Assembly: GCA_902491765.1 (NCBI GenBank)
Contig: CABUIY010000007.1
Span: 5,204 to 69,203 of the forward strand
Origin: an uncultured Collinsella sp.
Lineage (GTDB): Bacteria; Actinomycetota; Coriobacteriia; Coriobacteriales; Coriobacteriaceae
Length of the DNA stretch: 64,000 bases
Reading direction: 5' to 3'
How positions within the stretch are numbered: position 1 is the stretch's first letter; each line of letters opens with the position of its first letter. The position numbers were made by a program, and so were the translations under genes. Positions 63,950 through 64,000 of the stretch are shown here, in pieces. The notes under the pieces are model-generated. The model had not been told where the DNA came from. It did not search any database and saw only the letters and a list, made by a program, of their open reading frames with translations.

Positions 63950-64000
63950 TTACGCGACCGGCTCGATCTTCTCGAGACCACCCATGTAAGGACGCAGAAC
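63950..64000 (-). CDS. 3' end of an unidentified gene that continues beyond the window end
   Basis: The reverse strand reads ...VLRPYMGGLEKIEPVA-stop. A GC hairpin (AGGGCGCCCCCGAAGGAGCGCCCT) follows downstream. The fragment is too short to identify. Confidence 0.4.
   Translation of the reverse strand, partial: VLRPYMGGLEKIEPVA

Overview
This is a GC-rich bacterial chromosomal segment. Gene content and codon style suggest Actinomycetota, probably Coriobacteriia, but that is inference only because no database search was possible. Most of the window is ordinary housekeeping and transport. It holds a partial htrA-like protease and a GlnR-like orphan regulator with glnA. It also holds kdpFABC with divergent kdpDE, feoA-feoA-feoB, aspS, serB, ppc, hisS and htpG. 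There is a Wzz / BY-kinase / PHP-phosphatase module, a PhoPR-like pair and a VanRS-like pair. Several things are not ordinary. (1) Three base-identical modules each contain tRNA-Arg(ACG), a terminator and a 151-nt GC-rich multi-hairpin element. That element ends in the last 20 nt of the same tRNA, including CCA. A collinear, architecture-equivalent element capped with the tRNA-Ser(GCU) 3' end sits 4 kb away. (2) These two tRNA loci bound a small islet that carries a P-loop ATPase-wHTH gene and an 813-aa TPR-like protein of unknown function. (3) A paralogous ATPase at 6.4 kb looks like an inserted cassette. Both ATPase paralogs have their own 8-11 bp tandem repeat array directly upstream. (4) A HepT toxin is paired with a DinJ/RelB-RHH::MNT fusion antitoxin. 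(5) The split lar (nickel-pincer lactate racemase) cluster has a larC that lacks the C-terminal domain, and no larE is in the window. (6) Long palindromic intergenic repeat families are present, and their stems show compensatory changes. Protein family calls rest on motifs I recognise by eye. Starts were refined by hand using RBS context. Nothing was checked against databases.
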